Shown: one piece after another, positions 1-13,620 of the stretch
How positions within the stretch are numbered: position 1 is the stretch's first letter
Layout: the number at the start of each line of letters is the position of its first letter
NCBI RefSeq assembly: GCF_009914755.1
Contig: NC_060940.1
Source of the DNA: the human T2T-CHM13v2.0 reference genome, Homo sapiens
Strand: one strand, 5' to 3'
DNA: 64,000 nucleotides
The notes under the pieces: generated by a model
Database searches by the model: none
What the model was told of the DNA's origin: nothing
The model's input: the letters and a program-made list of their open reading frames with translations, nothing else
Translations under genes and position numbers: made by a program

Positions 1-1645
1 ATTTTCACCAACCCCAAAGAAAATCCTATATAACAACTCCTAATCCTTTTCTGCCTTTTGTCCTGTAGCAACCAGTAATATGTTTTCTGAACCTATGGAT
101 CTGTCTTTATATCCTAGATATTTCATACAAATGAATTATACAGTATATGGCTTTTGTGCCTAGTTCTCTCACTTAGCATCATAATGTTTAAGACATGTAT
201 CAATGTTGTAACTTGTATCAGGACTATATTACCTTTTGTGGTTGAGTAATATCCCATTATATGAATATCCCATATTTTGTTTATTTATTCATCAATTGAT
301 GAACATTTGGGTATTTTTACCTTTTGTCTATTGTGAATATTGCTACTATGAACATTTGTGTACAAGCTTTTGTTTGAAAACCTATTTCCAATTCTCTTGG
401 GTATACACCTAGGAGTGGACGGGCTGGGTCAGACGGTAATTCGATGCTTAACTTATTGAAGAACTGCCAAACTGCTTTCCAAAGTGGCTGCACCATTTTA
501 CATTTCCACCAGCAGTTCATGAGGGCTTCACATTCTCCACATTCTCACCAAAACTTGTTATTTTCCATTTGTTTTATTATAGCCAACCTAGGGATAACTC
601 ATTGTAGTTTTGATTTGCATTTTGTTTATGATTAATGCCATTGAACATTATTTCATGTGCTTCTTGGGATTTTCTATATCTTCCTAAGAAAATGATTATT
701 CAAGTCCTTTTCCCACATTTTGATTGAATTGTCTTTTGCTTGTTGAGTTATAAGATAATACATATTAGATACTATACTTAGCAGATATATTATTTGCAAA
801 TATTTTCTTTAATTTTTAAGATTTTTTATCGCTCTCTTGATAGTGTTCTTTGATGCAGAAAAGTTTCTAATTTTGATTAATTCCAATTTATCCATTTTTT
901 TCTTTTGTTGCTTGTGTTTTCGGTATTATATCTAAAAAGCCATTGCCAAATTCAAAGTCATGAAGACTTAGCCTTACGTTTTCTTCTGAGAGTATTATTG
1001 TTTTAGCTTTTACATTTAGGTCTTTGATCTATTTTGAGGTAATTTTTGTATAACGTGTGAAGCAAGGGTCCAACTGAATTCTTTTGCTTGCAGATATGCA
1101 GTCATTCAGCATACTTGTTGAAAACTCTATGCTTTTTCCCATCGAATGATCTTGGTTGGCACCCTTGTCAAAACAATTGACCATAGATGTAGTGGTTTTA
1201 TTTTCATGTTTTGATTATAGACCATTCTCAATTCTATTCTATTGACCTATACATGTATCCTATGGCAGTACCACTCTATTTTGATCTATGACTTTGTGGT
1301 GAGTTTTGAAAACAGGAAACATGAATATTACAAATGTATTATTCTTTTTCAGGATTTTCTGGTTATTCGGGGTTCCTTGCAATTCCACATGAATTTTAAG
1401 TCAGGTTTTTCGTTTTTTGCATAAAAGGCCATTGGGGTTTTGATAGGGATTGCATTGAATCTGTAGATTACTTTGGGTAATATTGACATTTTAACTATTT
1501 TAACTCTTCAAATCTATAAACACAAGATGTTTTTTCATTTATTTAGGGCTTCTTTTATTTTTCAGCAGTGTTTTATAGTTTTTAGTGTCAGTCTTGCATC
1601 TCCTTGGTTAAATTTATTACTAGGTATTCTTTTTCATACTATTAA

Positions 1646-1972
<327 letters not shown>

Positions 1973-4278
1973 TGGAATTGTTTCTTAACTTTACATATTA
2001 TTCATTGCTAGTGTATAGAAATACCACTTATTTTTGTGTGTTGATCTTGTATACTACAACTTTGCTGAATTTATTAGCTTCACTTGATTATTTTTGTAGA
2101 TTCTTTCGAGTTCTCTATACGTAAGATCATGTCATTTGTGAACAGAGTTAGTTTTACTCCTTTCCAATTTTGGTGACTTCATTTCTTTTTCTTGCCTAAT
2201 TACTCTGGCTAGAACTATTTCAATTTTGAATATAAGTGAGGAAAACAAGAATCTTTGTCTTGTTCTTGATCTTAGGGAGACAGCTATTAATTTTTCACCT
2301 TTGACTATGATATAAGCTGTGGGTTTTTCATAGATGCCCCTTAACTGGTTGAAAAGCTTCCCTTCTTTTCCTAGTTGTATTATGAAAGGATGTTGGATTA
2401 TGTCAAATACTTTTTCTGTATAAGTTGAGATGATTGTGTGGGTTTTTTTTGCCCCTTCATTCTGTTAATGTGGTATATTACATTGATTTTCATATATTGA
2501 GCCACTCTTTCATTCCAGGAATAAATATCACTTGGTCCAAATCCAAATATGCTGTTGGATTTACATATATATTCATAAGGTATATTACCTGAAGCTTTCT
2601 TTTCTTGTGATATTTTTATCTAGATTTGGTGTCAGGGAAATGCTGACCCCATAGAATAAGTAAGAAATGCTTCCTCCTTTTCAAATTTCTGGAAGAATTT
2701 GAGAAGGACTGGTATTGATTCTTCCTTTAATGTTTGCTAGAATTTACCAGTGGGTATGTCTGGTTCTAGGCTTTTCTTTTTTGGGAGATTTTGATTAACT
2801 GATTTCATCTCTTTACTTGTTATAGGTCTGTTGAGATTTCTATTTCTTCTTGAGTCAGTTTAGGTAATTTGTATCCTTCTAGGAATTTGTCCATTTAATC
2901 TGGGTTACATGTTTGGCATGTAATTGTTTACTTAATCTCTTTTTAATTCCTTTATTTCCCAGTAAGGTCAGTAACAATTCCCTTATTTTCATTCCTGTGA
3001 TTTCTTCTTTGATTCATGGGTTATTCAGAAGTGTGTTGTACAATTTCCAAATGTTTGGGGATTATTAAAGTATCTTATTGTTATTGATTGCTAAATTAAT
3101 TTCATTGTTGTCAGAGATTATACTCTGTAAAATTTCAATCATTTGAAATTGATTGGATTTATTTTCTGGCCAAATATATAGTCTATTTTGGTAACTGTGT
3201 CATGTGCACCCACAAAAGATGTTTATTATGCAGTTGTTGGGTGTAATGTTTTCATGAATTTCTAGTAAATCAAATTGGTTGATATTATTTTTCACATACT
3301 CTTATATTTTGTCTAACTAGTATGAGAAGCATTTTATAATAAGTTACTATGATTGTGGATTTGTCTATTTTTTCCTAGTTATGTCAGCTTTTGTTTCATG
3401 TATTTTAAAATTTATTTTTAGGCTTATAGGCATTTATAATTGTCATATCTTTCTAATGAATTCCCCTTTTGTAATTATGAAATGTGCTCACTTATTTCTA
3501 GAAATACTCTGTCTTAAAGTCTATTTTTCTGATAATATAGCTACAGCAGCTTTCTTATGTTTATTGTTTGCGTAGTATATCTTTTTTCTCTTTCCTTTTA
3601 ATTGTTGTCTTAATATTTAAAATATTTCTTTTGTAGGAATAGAGTTGGTCTTGTTTGTGTGATTCAGAATGACAACAGCTGCCTTTTAACTGGAGTGTTT
3701 AAAGCATTTACACTTAATGTAATTATTGCTATGACTGGGTTTAAACCTATGATCTTATATTTGTTTTCTATTTCACTGACTTTTTACTTCTGCCTTCCCT
3801 GTCTGCTTCATTTTGGGCTTACAGCATACTTTTATATTCTATGTCGTTTTATTTTATTTATTCTCTTTTTAGCTCTATCTCTTTCTATTTTTAGCTATCC
3901 TCCTCATCATAGCCTACTTAGAATTAATACTCTATAAATTCACTTAAAATTTAAGTGAAATTTTAACTTTAATTTTAATTTTAACTACGACTTCACTTTA
4001 AATTTAAGTGAAACCCTGTAACACTACAATTCCATTTATCTTTAATGTTCTTTCTGTTTTCACATATACTATTTCTATATATGTTGTAATTCCACAAAAC
4101 AATGCTATTATTTTTGTTTTAAATAGTCAGTTGTCTGTTACAAAACTGAAGAGAGGAAAAGATAATCATTTATGCTTAGCCACTTATTTATTATTTCCAG
4201 TGCTCTTTATTTTTTCCTCAATAACTGAATTTCCATCTGATTTAATTACCCCCAAGCCTAAATTACTTTTGAAAGCAT

Positions 4279-4285
4279 TTGTGTT

Positions 4286-4316
<31 letters not shown>

Positions 4317-4328
4317 TTGTGTGTGTGT
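4279..4328. repeat. (TG)n / (TTTGTG)n microsatellite
   Basis: Direct reading. Confidence 0.95.
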
Positions 4329-4433
4329 TGAAAGTCTGTTGACAAGGAATTCTCTCAGCTTTTGTTTATCTGCAAATGTCTATTTCACCCTTATTTTGAG
4401 CAACATTTTTGCTAGATATACAATTCTGAATAC

Positions 4434-4465
<32 letters not shown>

Positions 4466-4472
4466 ATATATA
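4434..4472. repeat. (TA)n(TG)n(TA)n compound microsatellite
   Basis: Direct reading. Confidence 0.9.
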
Positions 4473-5617
4473 TTTCTTTCACCATCTTAAAATATGTCCT
4501 TTAAAAACATTTATTGTATTTACTCTTGGGGTCTGCTGAGATCTTGGATCTTTCAGCTGATGCTTTTCATGAAATTTGGGAAATAATCTTTTAAACATTT
4601 TTCCTGTCCTATTCTCTCTCATCACTCTGGGACCCCAATAGCATGTGTCTAACTATTCAGTAAACTATTTAATATTATCCCACAGGTGATGGGGCTCTGT
4701 TAATTTTTTAAGTGTTTTCTTTCTGTTCTTCAAATTGGATATTTTCACTGATCTAGCCTCAAGTTCATTGGCTTTTTCTACAATATCTAATATGATTCTA
4801 AATATTCACTAATTTTAGTGAATATTTCATTTCATTATATTATGTTTCTTAGTTCTAGAATTTCATTTTGTTCCTTTGTAGTTTGTATTTGAGTCCTTAT
4901 TTTTCATTCATCATGTCCATGTTTTTGTTTAAATTGTTAAACATATTTATAATAGCTGTTTTCAAGTCCTTGGATGTTAATTCCAACTTCTGAACCTCTC
5001 AAGGTTGTCTGTTTTTTTGTTGATTTTGGGTCACTTTTGCCTACATTTTTGCATGTGTAGTAATTTTTATTGTGTTCTGAATATTCTGAATTTTGTTGTC
5101 ATCCTTTAAATGATGTTGATTTTGTTATGGAAGGCAGTTGAACTACTGGTGGAGTCTTTTGATTCTGTTGGACTGAATTTTATTTTTTGTTAGAGTACAT
5201 CTATTTAGGTTTTGTCCTTAGTGTTAGGACATGGTTCTTTCTCTAAGATGTGGTCCTTACCTTTTATGCATAGACTTTCTGATTTCTCAGCTGAATGGCT
5301 GAGGTGCTCAGTGAGGGTTTCTTCATTCTGGCTGGGCCAGAACCCCCTACACTTTGTAGCCTCTGGTATCACCATTCAGCGCTCAGCCTTCAGCAGCAGC
5401 TGTCAACTAGGCTTGCAGAGGCTCACTGTGTATATCCATAGCACATCTATTGGTCAAGGATCTTCAGGGAGTGTGTCCCAAAAGAAACTTCAGGGTCTTA
5501 TTGTTAACACATCCCCCCATACTCTAATGTCCTGGCTTGAAAACCCGGAGTCATTCAGGCTGGTGAAATGCCCAAGGGAAGAACTTGGGAAAGGGAAAAG
5601 TCTTCTACAGAGTGCTT

Positions 5618-5800
5618 CCTACCACTTTCCAGCTATGTGAACAGGACAACTTGCCTAATTTCCCCATGACTCAGTTTAATCACTTGCAAAATGAGGATAA
5701 TAGTAGTACCCAACTGATAGGGTCATATTGAAAGCTAAATGAGATAATACACGTGTGATGCTTAGAACAGGGTCTAGCACATAGTAGGTGCTGTCTAGGA
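5618..5800 (+). mobile_element. MIR SINE
   Basis: MIR core 'ctcagttt..cacttgcaaaatgaggataatagtagtacc...aaatgagataat...cttagaacag..gcacatagtaggtgct'. Confidence 0.8.
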
Positions 5801-6166
5801 ATTATCTGCTATTTTTCTTCCTGGCTCTGCAGAGCTTGTCTGTAGCTCATGCAAGTAGTGGCAGCATTTGAAAGATGAAGCTTCATGGTAAGAGAAGCTC
5901 ATTCTGTATCCTTGTGCTGAGCAGCATTAGAAGCTTTCTGGGGCATTTATAGGCTAGGAAGTTGTCTTAGTTCATTTGTGCTGTTATTACAGAATACATA
6001 AGACAGTGTTTTGCCCAGCATACCCAAGAGAATGCTGGATTTGTGCACAATTGTAACAAAAATTGCCATTTACTGGGCATTTGACATGGGCCAGGAACCT
6101 TGCTGACGACTTCTGTGCATTACCTCCAGTCCTTAAAGCATTTCTGTAGGTGGCTTTCATGAGCCT

Positions 6167-6208
6167 GTGTGGGTGTGTGTGTGTGCACGTGTGCGTGCGT
6201 GTGTGTGT
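6167..6208. repeat. (TG)n-like microsatellite
   Basis: Direct reading. Confidence 0.85.
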
Positions 6209-6591
6209 TGCTATTTAATCTTTTCATTTCCAGCATACAGTTCCCTGTTAATTCCTTTGGGCAAAGAGCATTTAGCTGACTTCTTCTGATTTTTATTCTG
6301 CAGCACTGGGGACAGGCCTGCACATATAGGAGTAGACACAAATATTATTTGGAAGAGAAAAGTGGACCCAAACAGCCTTGGTTACCCTCACACTTCAGCA
6401 TTCTCAGCGTGCCAAGCTCCAGATTAATCCTAGTCTGAAGGAAACTTAGGACCAGAGGTCCTTGGAGGCCACCGTGTATAATGCTTTCATTTTAGAAAAT
6501 GGGGAAACTGAGGCCCAGAGGGGGGAAGCCTTGTACTAGGCCGAGCAGAATCGTAAATGCTTTCAATGTTCAGATGTCGGGGCATATAGAA

Positions 6592-6768
6592 CAGGGCTTC
6601 TCACGCTTGGCTGCATTTTAGGATCATCTGGGAGAATTTAAAAAACCCTGATATCCAGGTCACAGCACAGACCAAAGAAAACAACTTCTGGAGTGAAACC
6701 TGGTCATCAACAGTTTTAAAATCTGCCCAGGTGATTCCAATGTGGGGCCAACTTTGAGAACCAGGGCT
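6592..6768. mobile_element. MER5A-like hAT-Charlie MITE
   Basis: cagggcttctca...ccaggtgattccaatgtg..tttgagaacca termini and internal MER5 motifs. Confidence 0.75.
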
Positions 6769-7821
6769 TTAGAGAGCACAGGCACCAGCAGTTTCCAATC
6801 TGTCTCCCAGGAAACCCAGTGGTTTGCAGAATTATTTCAGAGGGTGCTGGCAGATAGGATAAGGACAGGGAGTCTCCAGACCTTCTTGTTTTGCCTTAAT
6901 CAAAGGCTCTGCTTGCATCTGTTTTGTTTATTGCTCCCTTATAAAGTATCACTTGATACTTTACAAAGTGGCCCCTGCAATGCATCCCTAGGTCCATTCC
7001 TCCAACTTTGCAGATGGAGGAAGAGGTGACCTGTTCAACACCACATCAAGACCCTGAGAGAACCAGGACTTAGACCCCATCTCCTGACTCTCAGCCCGAG
7101 TTCTTCAGCCACCCTCTGATCCCAAATTCTTTTCTTTTGAAATGATGCAAGTCCTGCAAGTTCCCCCACAAAGCATCCACATGTTCCCTCTTAATCCCGC
7201 TGGCATATCCACGCTCTCCTGTGGACCAAATTGTTTGTTTTGGGTTCTGCAGATTAATCAAGGATAGCTGGTGGTCATGGGGCATTTTGGATATAGAGAT
7301 TATGTAGGAGGCTGTGAGTTGGGGGGGGTAGCAACTGACATCTAATTAGCCTTCATTTTAAGTCTCGATGCAGCAATTATGACTTCTGAATAGCAGTGGT
7401 TGTTACTGAGGATGGTCGCTTAAGCAGTGCACATAATTATTATAATTACTGTGTACCTAATGATGCCTAATAAGGAGCAACATTGCACAGAGGCGCGGTT
7501 GTTGCTCAGCCTGGTGGTCTGGGCTCTGGAGGGGGAGCAGCCGGGGTTCCGATGCTTGTGTGGGACTGTTTTGTAGGGACACCAGGCTGCCTGTTGGAGA
7601 CTAGGGGCTGCAGAGTGCACAGGAAGGGAAAGCTCCCAGAGTGCACAGGAAGGGAAAGCTGTGCTGGCATCAGCTCAGAGGCAATGAGTGTGGAAGTTGC
7701 TAAGCTGGAGCTGTCCTCCTTCAACCATTGACTTCTAGGTTTTGCTTAGATCCATGCTAATTCCAGGGCTTATGGGAACTCTGCTTGGGGAAGGCACAAA
7801 TGGATAGCCTTCATGGATGGA

Positions 7822-7850
7822 GTGTGTGTGTGTGTGTGTGTGTATGTGTG
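7822..7850. repeat. (TG)n microsatellite
   Basis: Direct reading. Confidence 0.9.
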
Positions 7851-7869
7851 CATGTATTAATGAAAAATA

Positions 7870-8610
7870 ACCACAAATCTTTATAGAGGGTGCACTACGT
7901 GCAAAGCGCTTTACATTTGCTATCTCATTTAATTTTTACAACAACCCCATTTCACAAAGGGGGTAATTGGGGTCCAAGAATAAACACAGCTAGCATTTAT
8001 TAAACACTTGAATATCTGCCAGGCGCTGTACATACATGATTTCACCTGATTCCCACAACAATGCCATGAGATAGAAATTATTATCATTGCTTTCTTATTT
8101 ATTCCTGTCCTACAGACGAGAAGCTGAGACACAGAGAGTGAAGACTTCCAAGGTCATTCAGCTGATACGTGGCAGAGCCAAGATTTAAATCCAAGCAGCT
8201 GAACCTTCCTTCCCTCCCTAACCAATACTGTATTTATTAACTAGCATATGCCAGGCACAGGCCAAAGCAGATTACATTCTAGTTTAGGGACACCAAACAA
8301 AATCAGATAAGCAAATAAATACATATTATCAATTATAGCAGGATATATAGCAGGATAGCAGGATGAGGAGGTGGACAGGAAGAGAGATGAGAGGAGGGTC
8401 TATTGTAAGGAGGATATACAGTGAAGAACTCAATAATCACGTGACATTTGAACAGAGGCTTGAATGTAGTGAGAGGAACAGCTGCGTATTAGGTTGGTGC
8501 AAAAGTTGGAGCCTGATCCTCTAAGGCCTTCTAGAACAGGATAATCTCTTGGTATTTTATTCCAAATGTATTGGGAAGCCCTAGGAGGGTATTGAGCAGG
8601 ACGTTGTGTC
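7870..8610 (-). mobile_element. Cluster of MIR and L2 fragments
   Basis: MIR antisense core (gaagctgagacacagagagtgaag..ccaaggtcattcagctg) and L2 3' fragments (tatttattaactagcatatgccaggcac). Confidence 0.6.
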
Positions 8611-9540
8611 TCAGAAGATGGCATGAGAATATTCCCAATGATCTGGCTAAAAATCTGGTGTAGCTCACCCCATCAGTGCCCCGCCCATATCCCCTGGGCA
8701 CTCACCTTTAGACCTGAAGGCTGCTTACTGCAAAGTCCAGCAGCTCTGCACAGTGCGACAGAGGGGGACCCAGCTCCTTAGCCGCTCAGGTCTGAGATGG
8801 CTGCTCCACTCTGTCTCCCCAAAGTTCTCAGCAGGAGTAAGCTGCTCCCCACATGGAAGTCCTGTGCCTTCTCCATGGACAGAGCGCTTCCGCAACGTTT
8901 GCAGAGCTTGTCCTTCTCTCACCTCCACCTGCCCCTGGCTTTGGGCACCCATCAGGCAAGCGTGCTGCTCCCTCAAGACCTTTCCTCCCCTGCTCACCCC
9001 CATCTATTTGGCCCAAACACTGTTCTAATTTCCAGTTCCTTGAAGAGAGGTTCTGATTGGCTCATCTCGCTTGGAAGGCCCCACCCCTTCTGCACAGTCC
9101 AATCAATGGCGCTGGGGGTGGAGCCTGGTGGTAGAAAGGGGCCTCTTCTGCGCTGTTGTTGGGGCCGACACTCAGAGGAGGCGGGGCCAGGGTTTCATCA
9201 GGTTCTGGGGTTCCGGGACCCCCATTTGCCCAGTTTACAAACTCCCCATCTGGTACTTTCACTGCGCCTGGCACAGAATGAGTGCTTAATACAAACCATA
9301 ATTCAGATAATCCGAGTTCCTGCCTCTACTTCTCCATCTACCAGCTGGGTGACTTTGGGTAAATCGCCTGGGATCTCTGTCAGTTTCCTCTTACGTTAAG
9401 TGGGAACAAGGACTATACCCCTGAGGTTGGCAGGTGGAGGCATCTCATCAGGGATGTGAATCAGCATGAGCTCTCATGTACTAGGCATCTAGGAGAAGAT
9501 GCTGATATTCATGTTGGGCTAATTATAACCATTAGTACTA

Positions 9541-9900
9541 GGGACTACCGCCCCCGACCTAGGACAGCTCTGGAGCTGCCCTTTTTCTCCCCGCCCCCAT
9601 CCACGCCCCTCCCCAATCCATGCTCTGCGCTGCTGTGCTGGGACCTTGCCTTCCAGTTAATAGGGGTATTGTCCCCGCCCTGCGGGAACAAGGCGAGCTC
9701 AGCTGGCCTTAGTCACAGGTCAATTGCTTCATACAAATCCGCAGGGATCCGCGGATGCTGTGACAAGGGGCGGGCGAGGGAGGGCTCCGCGTCAGGGGCA
9801 GACAGCTCCAGGTGCTGGAGGCTGCCGCGCGGAGAGGTCCGCCCAGCCAGGATGTGCGTTGTCCTGAGAATCGAATTACCCGGAACCCCAGAGCTCACCC
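9541..9900. promoter_or_regulatory. Small CpG-rich, GC-box-rich promoter/enhancer-like element
   Basis: About 22 CpG in 360 bp (hand count) in a CpG-poor window. SP/KLF boxes at 9589-9598, 9601-9609, 9673-9680 and 9767-9774; CCAAT 9613-9617; TTAGTCA 9709-9715; AGGTCA 9717-9722. Confidence 0.55.
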
Positions 9901-9931
9901 TCTCTGAAGGAGAGCAGGTGCCTCCTGAGAG

Positions 9932-10166
9932 CAGGGCTTCTCTACCTTGGGGCACTATGAACATTCTGAGTGGGGTAAGTGTTTACTGTGGGAGGCCCTA
10001 TTCATGGCAGGAGGTTTAGCAATCTCCCTGGCCTCTAGCCACTAGATGACAATAGCACCCCTGCCACACCCACTGTGTAACAACCAAAAATGTCTCCAGA
10101 CATTGCCAAATGCCCCCTGGGTCGGGGACGAGAGGGCAAAAGCAGCCCCAGTTGGGAGCCACTGCT
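9932..10166. mobile_element. MER20 hAT-Charlie DNA transposon
   Basis: ccactagatg..acaaccaaaaatgtctccagacattgccaaatg..cccagttgggagccactg hallmark sequence. Confidence 0.85.
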
Positions 10167-10549
10167 TTAGAGAATGGAGCTTGGAGCTGATTTCTGGGAC
10201 AAATCCCATGGGATAGCCAGGACGTGCACCTGGGTAAGGCTGGAGGAGGGTATGAAAAAGGGGAGGGCTTAGGCCCTGACCAGAAAGCATCCCAGTACCG
10301 GGTAGAGATGAGGACCCCAAGTAGTGCTAAGTGGCAGCACTGCAGATGCAGAGGGTTGGAGCATGGCTTCATGGGAGGTGGTGTTCCTGGAGGAGGTGAG
10401 AAGTAGGCTGGCCTCAGGCAAGGAGGTGGAGGGGATACTCCAGGTGTTGGAAACAGCCTGAGCAAGGGCCCTGGGGTATGAAGTGAGCGTGAGACCGTAT
10501 GAAGATCAGACACAGGCTGGGATCTGTCAGGGCAGGAAATGGAAATAAT

Positions 10550-10800
10550 ATTAATAGCAATAAACTGTGACCTTGATTTTTGAGTAATGGCCATGTGCCA
10601 CATTCTGTTCTGAGCAGGTTACTCGTGTCATTTCATTTAGTCCTCAAAAATCTCTACAAGGTAGATTTGATTATTATTCTCATCTTGCAAGTGAGGAAAC
10701 CACGGCCTCCAGATGTTTCGGGGTTCACCAGTGCACACAGCCTATAAAGGCAGGTTCACACTTCAAAGCCAGGCTATTGACCTGGCTTCACTCCTTGCCC
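10550..10800 (-). mobile_element. MIR SINE
   Basis: tcatttagtcctca...attattctcatcttgcaagtgaggaaacc antisense core. Confidence 0.65.
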
Positions 10801-11218
10801 TCAGAGCCACACCCCTCTGGGTGGGCTTGGGAGGGTGAACACAGCAGCCTTCTCCTAATTCCCTGAAGGTGGGATCAGGGCTAATCCATCAAGCGAATGA
10901 ATGAACACATGAATAAGTGAATGCATGAATAGAGAAAGACTCTGGTCTGCTGTGTGTCCTGCTCCTCAGGCAGAAATCACCTTCCCACCCTACTCCTGGC
11001 CCCACCCAGCACCCCCAGCTCTCTCCCTAGGTACTCTTTCACTTTGGAAACATTCACAGGGCTTGGAGCATGCTCTGGCATGAGAGCCCCACGAAATGCG
11101 GGTTTTCTTTGATCCCCTAGCTGGGTCATGTAGAAAGAAGAGAAAGAGAGAAAGATCTAGACACCAAGAACTTCTAAGTGATGTAAACACCAGAGCAGCC
11201 GCCGAGAGCGCTCACTGC

Positions 11219-11601
11219 TTGTGTTGGTCTGCTAGGGTTGCCACAACAAAATACCATAGCCTGGGTGGCTTAAGACAGAAATGCATTTTCTCAGAGTCCT
11301 GGAGGCTGGAAGTCTGAGATAGAGGAATCAACAGGGGCGGTTTCCTCTGAGGCTTCTTTCCTAGGCTTGCAGATGGCACTCTTCTCACTGTGACCTCACA
11401 TGGTCCTCCCTCTGTCTGTCTGTGTCCTAATCTCCTTTTCTTTTAAGGACGCTTGTCAGATTGGATTAGGGCCCACCCCAATGACCTCATTTAACCTGAA
11501 TTGCTTCTTTAAAGGCCTTATCTCCAAATACAGCCACCTTCTGAGGTCCTGGGGGTTAGGACTTCAACATACAAAGTATGAGGGTACAATTCGGTTCATA
11601 A
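11219..11601 (-). mobile_element. MaLR solo LTR (MLT1A/B-like)
   Basis: gggttgccacaacaaaataccatagcctgggtggctta...ggaggctggaagtctgagat...ggattagggcccaccc...ggttaggacttcaacata. Confidence 0.85.
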
Positions 11602-12422
11602 TGTTGGTTTATTTCGCAGGCGCCCTGAACGAGTGCCCAGATGCTTGTGAGGCCCAGATCTTGGGGTGTGCAGCCAGGAAGGGCTCTGCTAGCTTTCCCA
11701 CCTCCCTCCTGACCTCTTCTGCCCCTCACTGGACCCAGCCCGTTGGCTTCAGGATGGGCCCCACGGGACATGCTTTCATGGAACCTGAGGAAAGAATGCA
11801 CTTACAACAGCGCCGGGAGCACAGAGGCTTCCCACTACCCTTTCCGAGAAGCACGTCTATTTTCTCTAATTTATTCAGTGCCGCTGTGCGTGTGTGGCCT
11901 CTCAGGTAAAGAGTGATTTCAGCTAACATGCACCATGCCTGCCACCTACCTGTACTGGAGATTTCAGACTGATGCCTCCCTTGGGTCTCCAGGGAACTTT
12001 CTGATTCAAATTCCATTTGACACAGATTCTGAAAGTGTGCCTTGCGAGGGCCCTGGCCTGCCATCCTCATTATACTCAGAAGCCCAGAAGTAGCAGTGGC
12101 AGGGGCACCCTGGAAGCCCCGGGGTTCTCATTAGGTGACAGATGCCACCACAGGCCTCTGCCATTTGCCAAGCTTCCTATTACAAGCCACCTGGGAACAT
12201 TCACTCAGGGCTTTTTCAGACAGAGCTGCACATCTGGCACTATCTTGAGTCTGTGCCTCTGGGGACCCCGTCTGTACTCAGTTTCCCTATCTGCAAAATG
12301 AAAAACATAATACTTATTTCTCAGGGATGAATAGAGATAATTCAGCATGTTTTTCAAATTTCAGTGTGTTGCCTGCGCCCTCATGAGTTTTACTATGACC
12401 ACATGCCACCTGTACCATTATG

Positions 12423-12712
12423 TTTATTTTATTTTTTAGAGATGGAAGGTCTCATTCTGTTGCCCAGGCTGTAGGGCAGTGGTGCTATCCGTAGTTCACT
12501 GCATCTTCAAACTCCCGGGCTCAAGGGATCCTCTCACCTTAGTCTCTAGTACTACAGGTACACACTACCAAACTTGGCTGACTCCTTTATTTATATAGAG
12601 ATGAGGTCTCGCTATGTTGCCTAGGCAGCTCTGGAACTCCTGGCCTCAAGCCATACTCCCATCTTGGCCTCCCAAACTGTTGGGATTACAGACATAAGCC
12701 ACCACACCCAAC
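12423..12712 (-). mobile_element. AluJ
   Basis: Diverged antisense Alu with J-type features (gggctcaag.gatcctc, gaggtctcgctatgttgcc). Confidence 0.9.
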
Positions 12713-13134
12713 TTCATTATTTATTTAATTAATATTTCCTTAAATGAATCCATGTTGAAAGACTTGAGCTGATCTATTTCAAAAGGAAATTTTTATATTA
12801 TTAGCATTAGAGGAAAATTGATATCACTTGTCACAAATGCAAAGCAATAAGAAAAGACAAAGAAGACGACGTCATAACTGTTTATCTGTGTACCAACTAA
12901 ACTCATGATGAAGAGCCATGCTGTGCCTCCTGTGCTTTTGGAAGCACATGAATATAAAGGATGCCTAGGGTCTGGCACATAGTAAGTACTCAATGAATGA
13001 TCACTGCTATGAAGAAAATGAGGCCAACGTGGTGTCGGCCCTTGGAAACATTTCTCTGAGTTGGTCAAGGGGAACAATTTTGCTCCAAGAAACTGTCATA
13101 TTTATTCTTCTCTGATAATTAGAGCTCCACAATT

Positions 13135-13620
13135 TATCATGGTCGTAAGTTGCAAAAATGGCAACAACCATCACTCTTCCCAATAAGAAGTGAAGTCCAT
13201 TTCCTGCCCCTAAAATCTGGTCTGGCCTTGTGACTTGCTTCAGCCAATGGAACATAGCAGGAGTGCTGGTATACCAGTTCTAAGCCTAGAGGAAGAGGCT
13301 TTCCAAGGGGCCTGACAGCTTCTGCTTTCTCGGGCCCCTGCTATCACCATGTGAACAAGCCTGGGTTGGCCTGCTGCTGGATGAGAGGCCATGTAGAACC
13401 CAGCCAAGGTGTCCCAGTTAAGGCCATCTCAGAGCAGCCAGCACCCAGCACCCAGCAGCCTGCCATTGGTCTCCAGATGCACGCATGAGCCCAACCAAGA
13501 TCAGCCAATCCTGCCTCAGACCAGCAGAACTGTGCAGCCCAGCCTGAGATTTGTGAGGAGTGACAAATGGTGTTTTCAGCTTCTAGATGTTGGGGAGATT
13601 TGTTATGCAGCAACAGCTGG
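13135..13620 (+). mobile_element. MaLR LTR (MLT1F/G/H-like)
   Basis: tctggccttgtgacttgcttcagccaatgg...ccatgtgaacaagcc...gatttgttatgcagcaacagct. Confidence 0.75.

Noticed and set aside
8797-10603. Several 190-200 aa ORFs in the GC-rich region
   Set aside because: No recognisable domain; they run through L2, MIR and MER20 sequence; expected by chance at high GC
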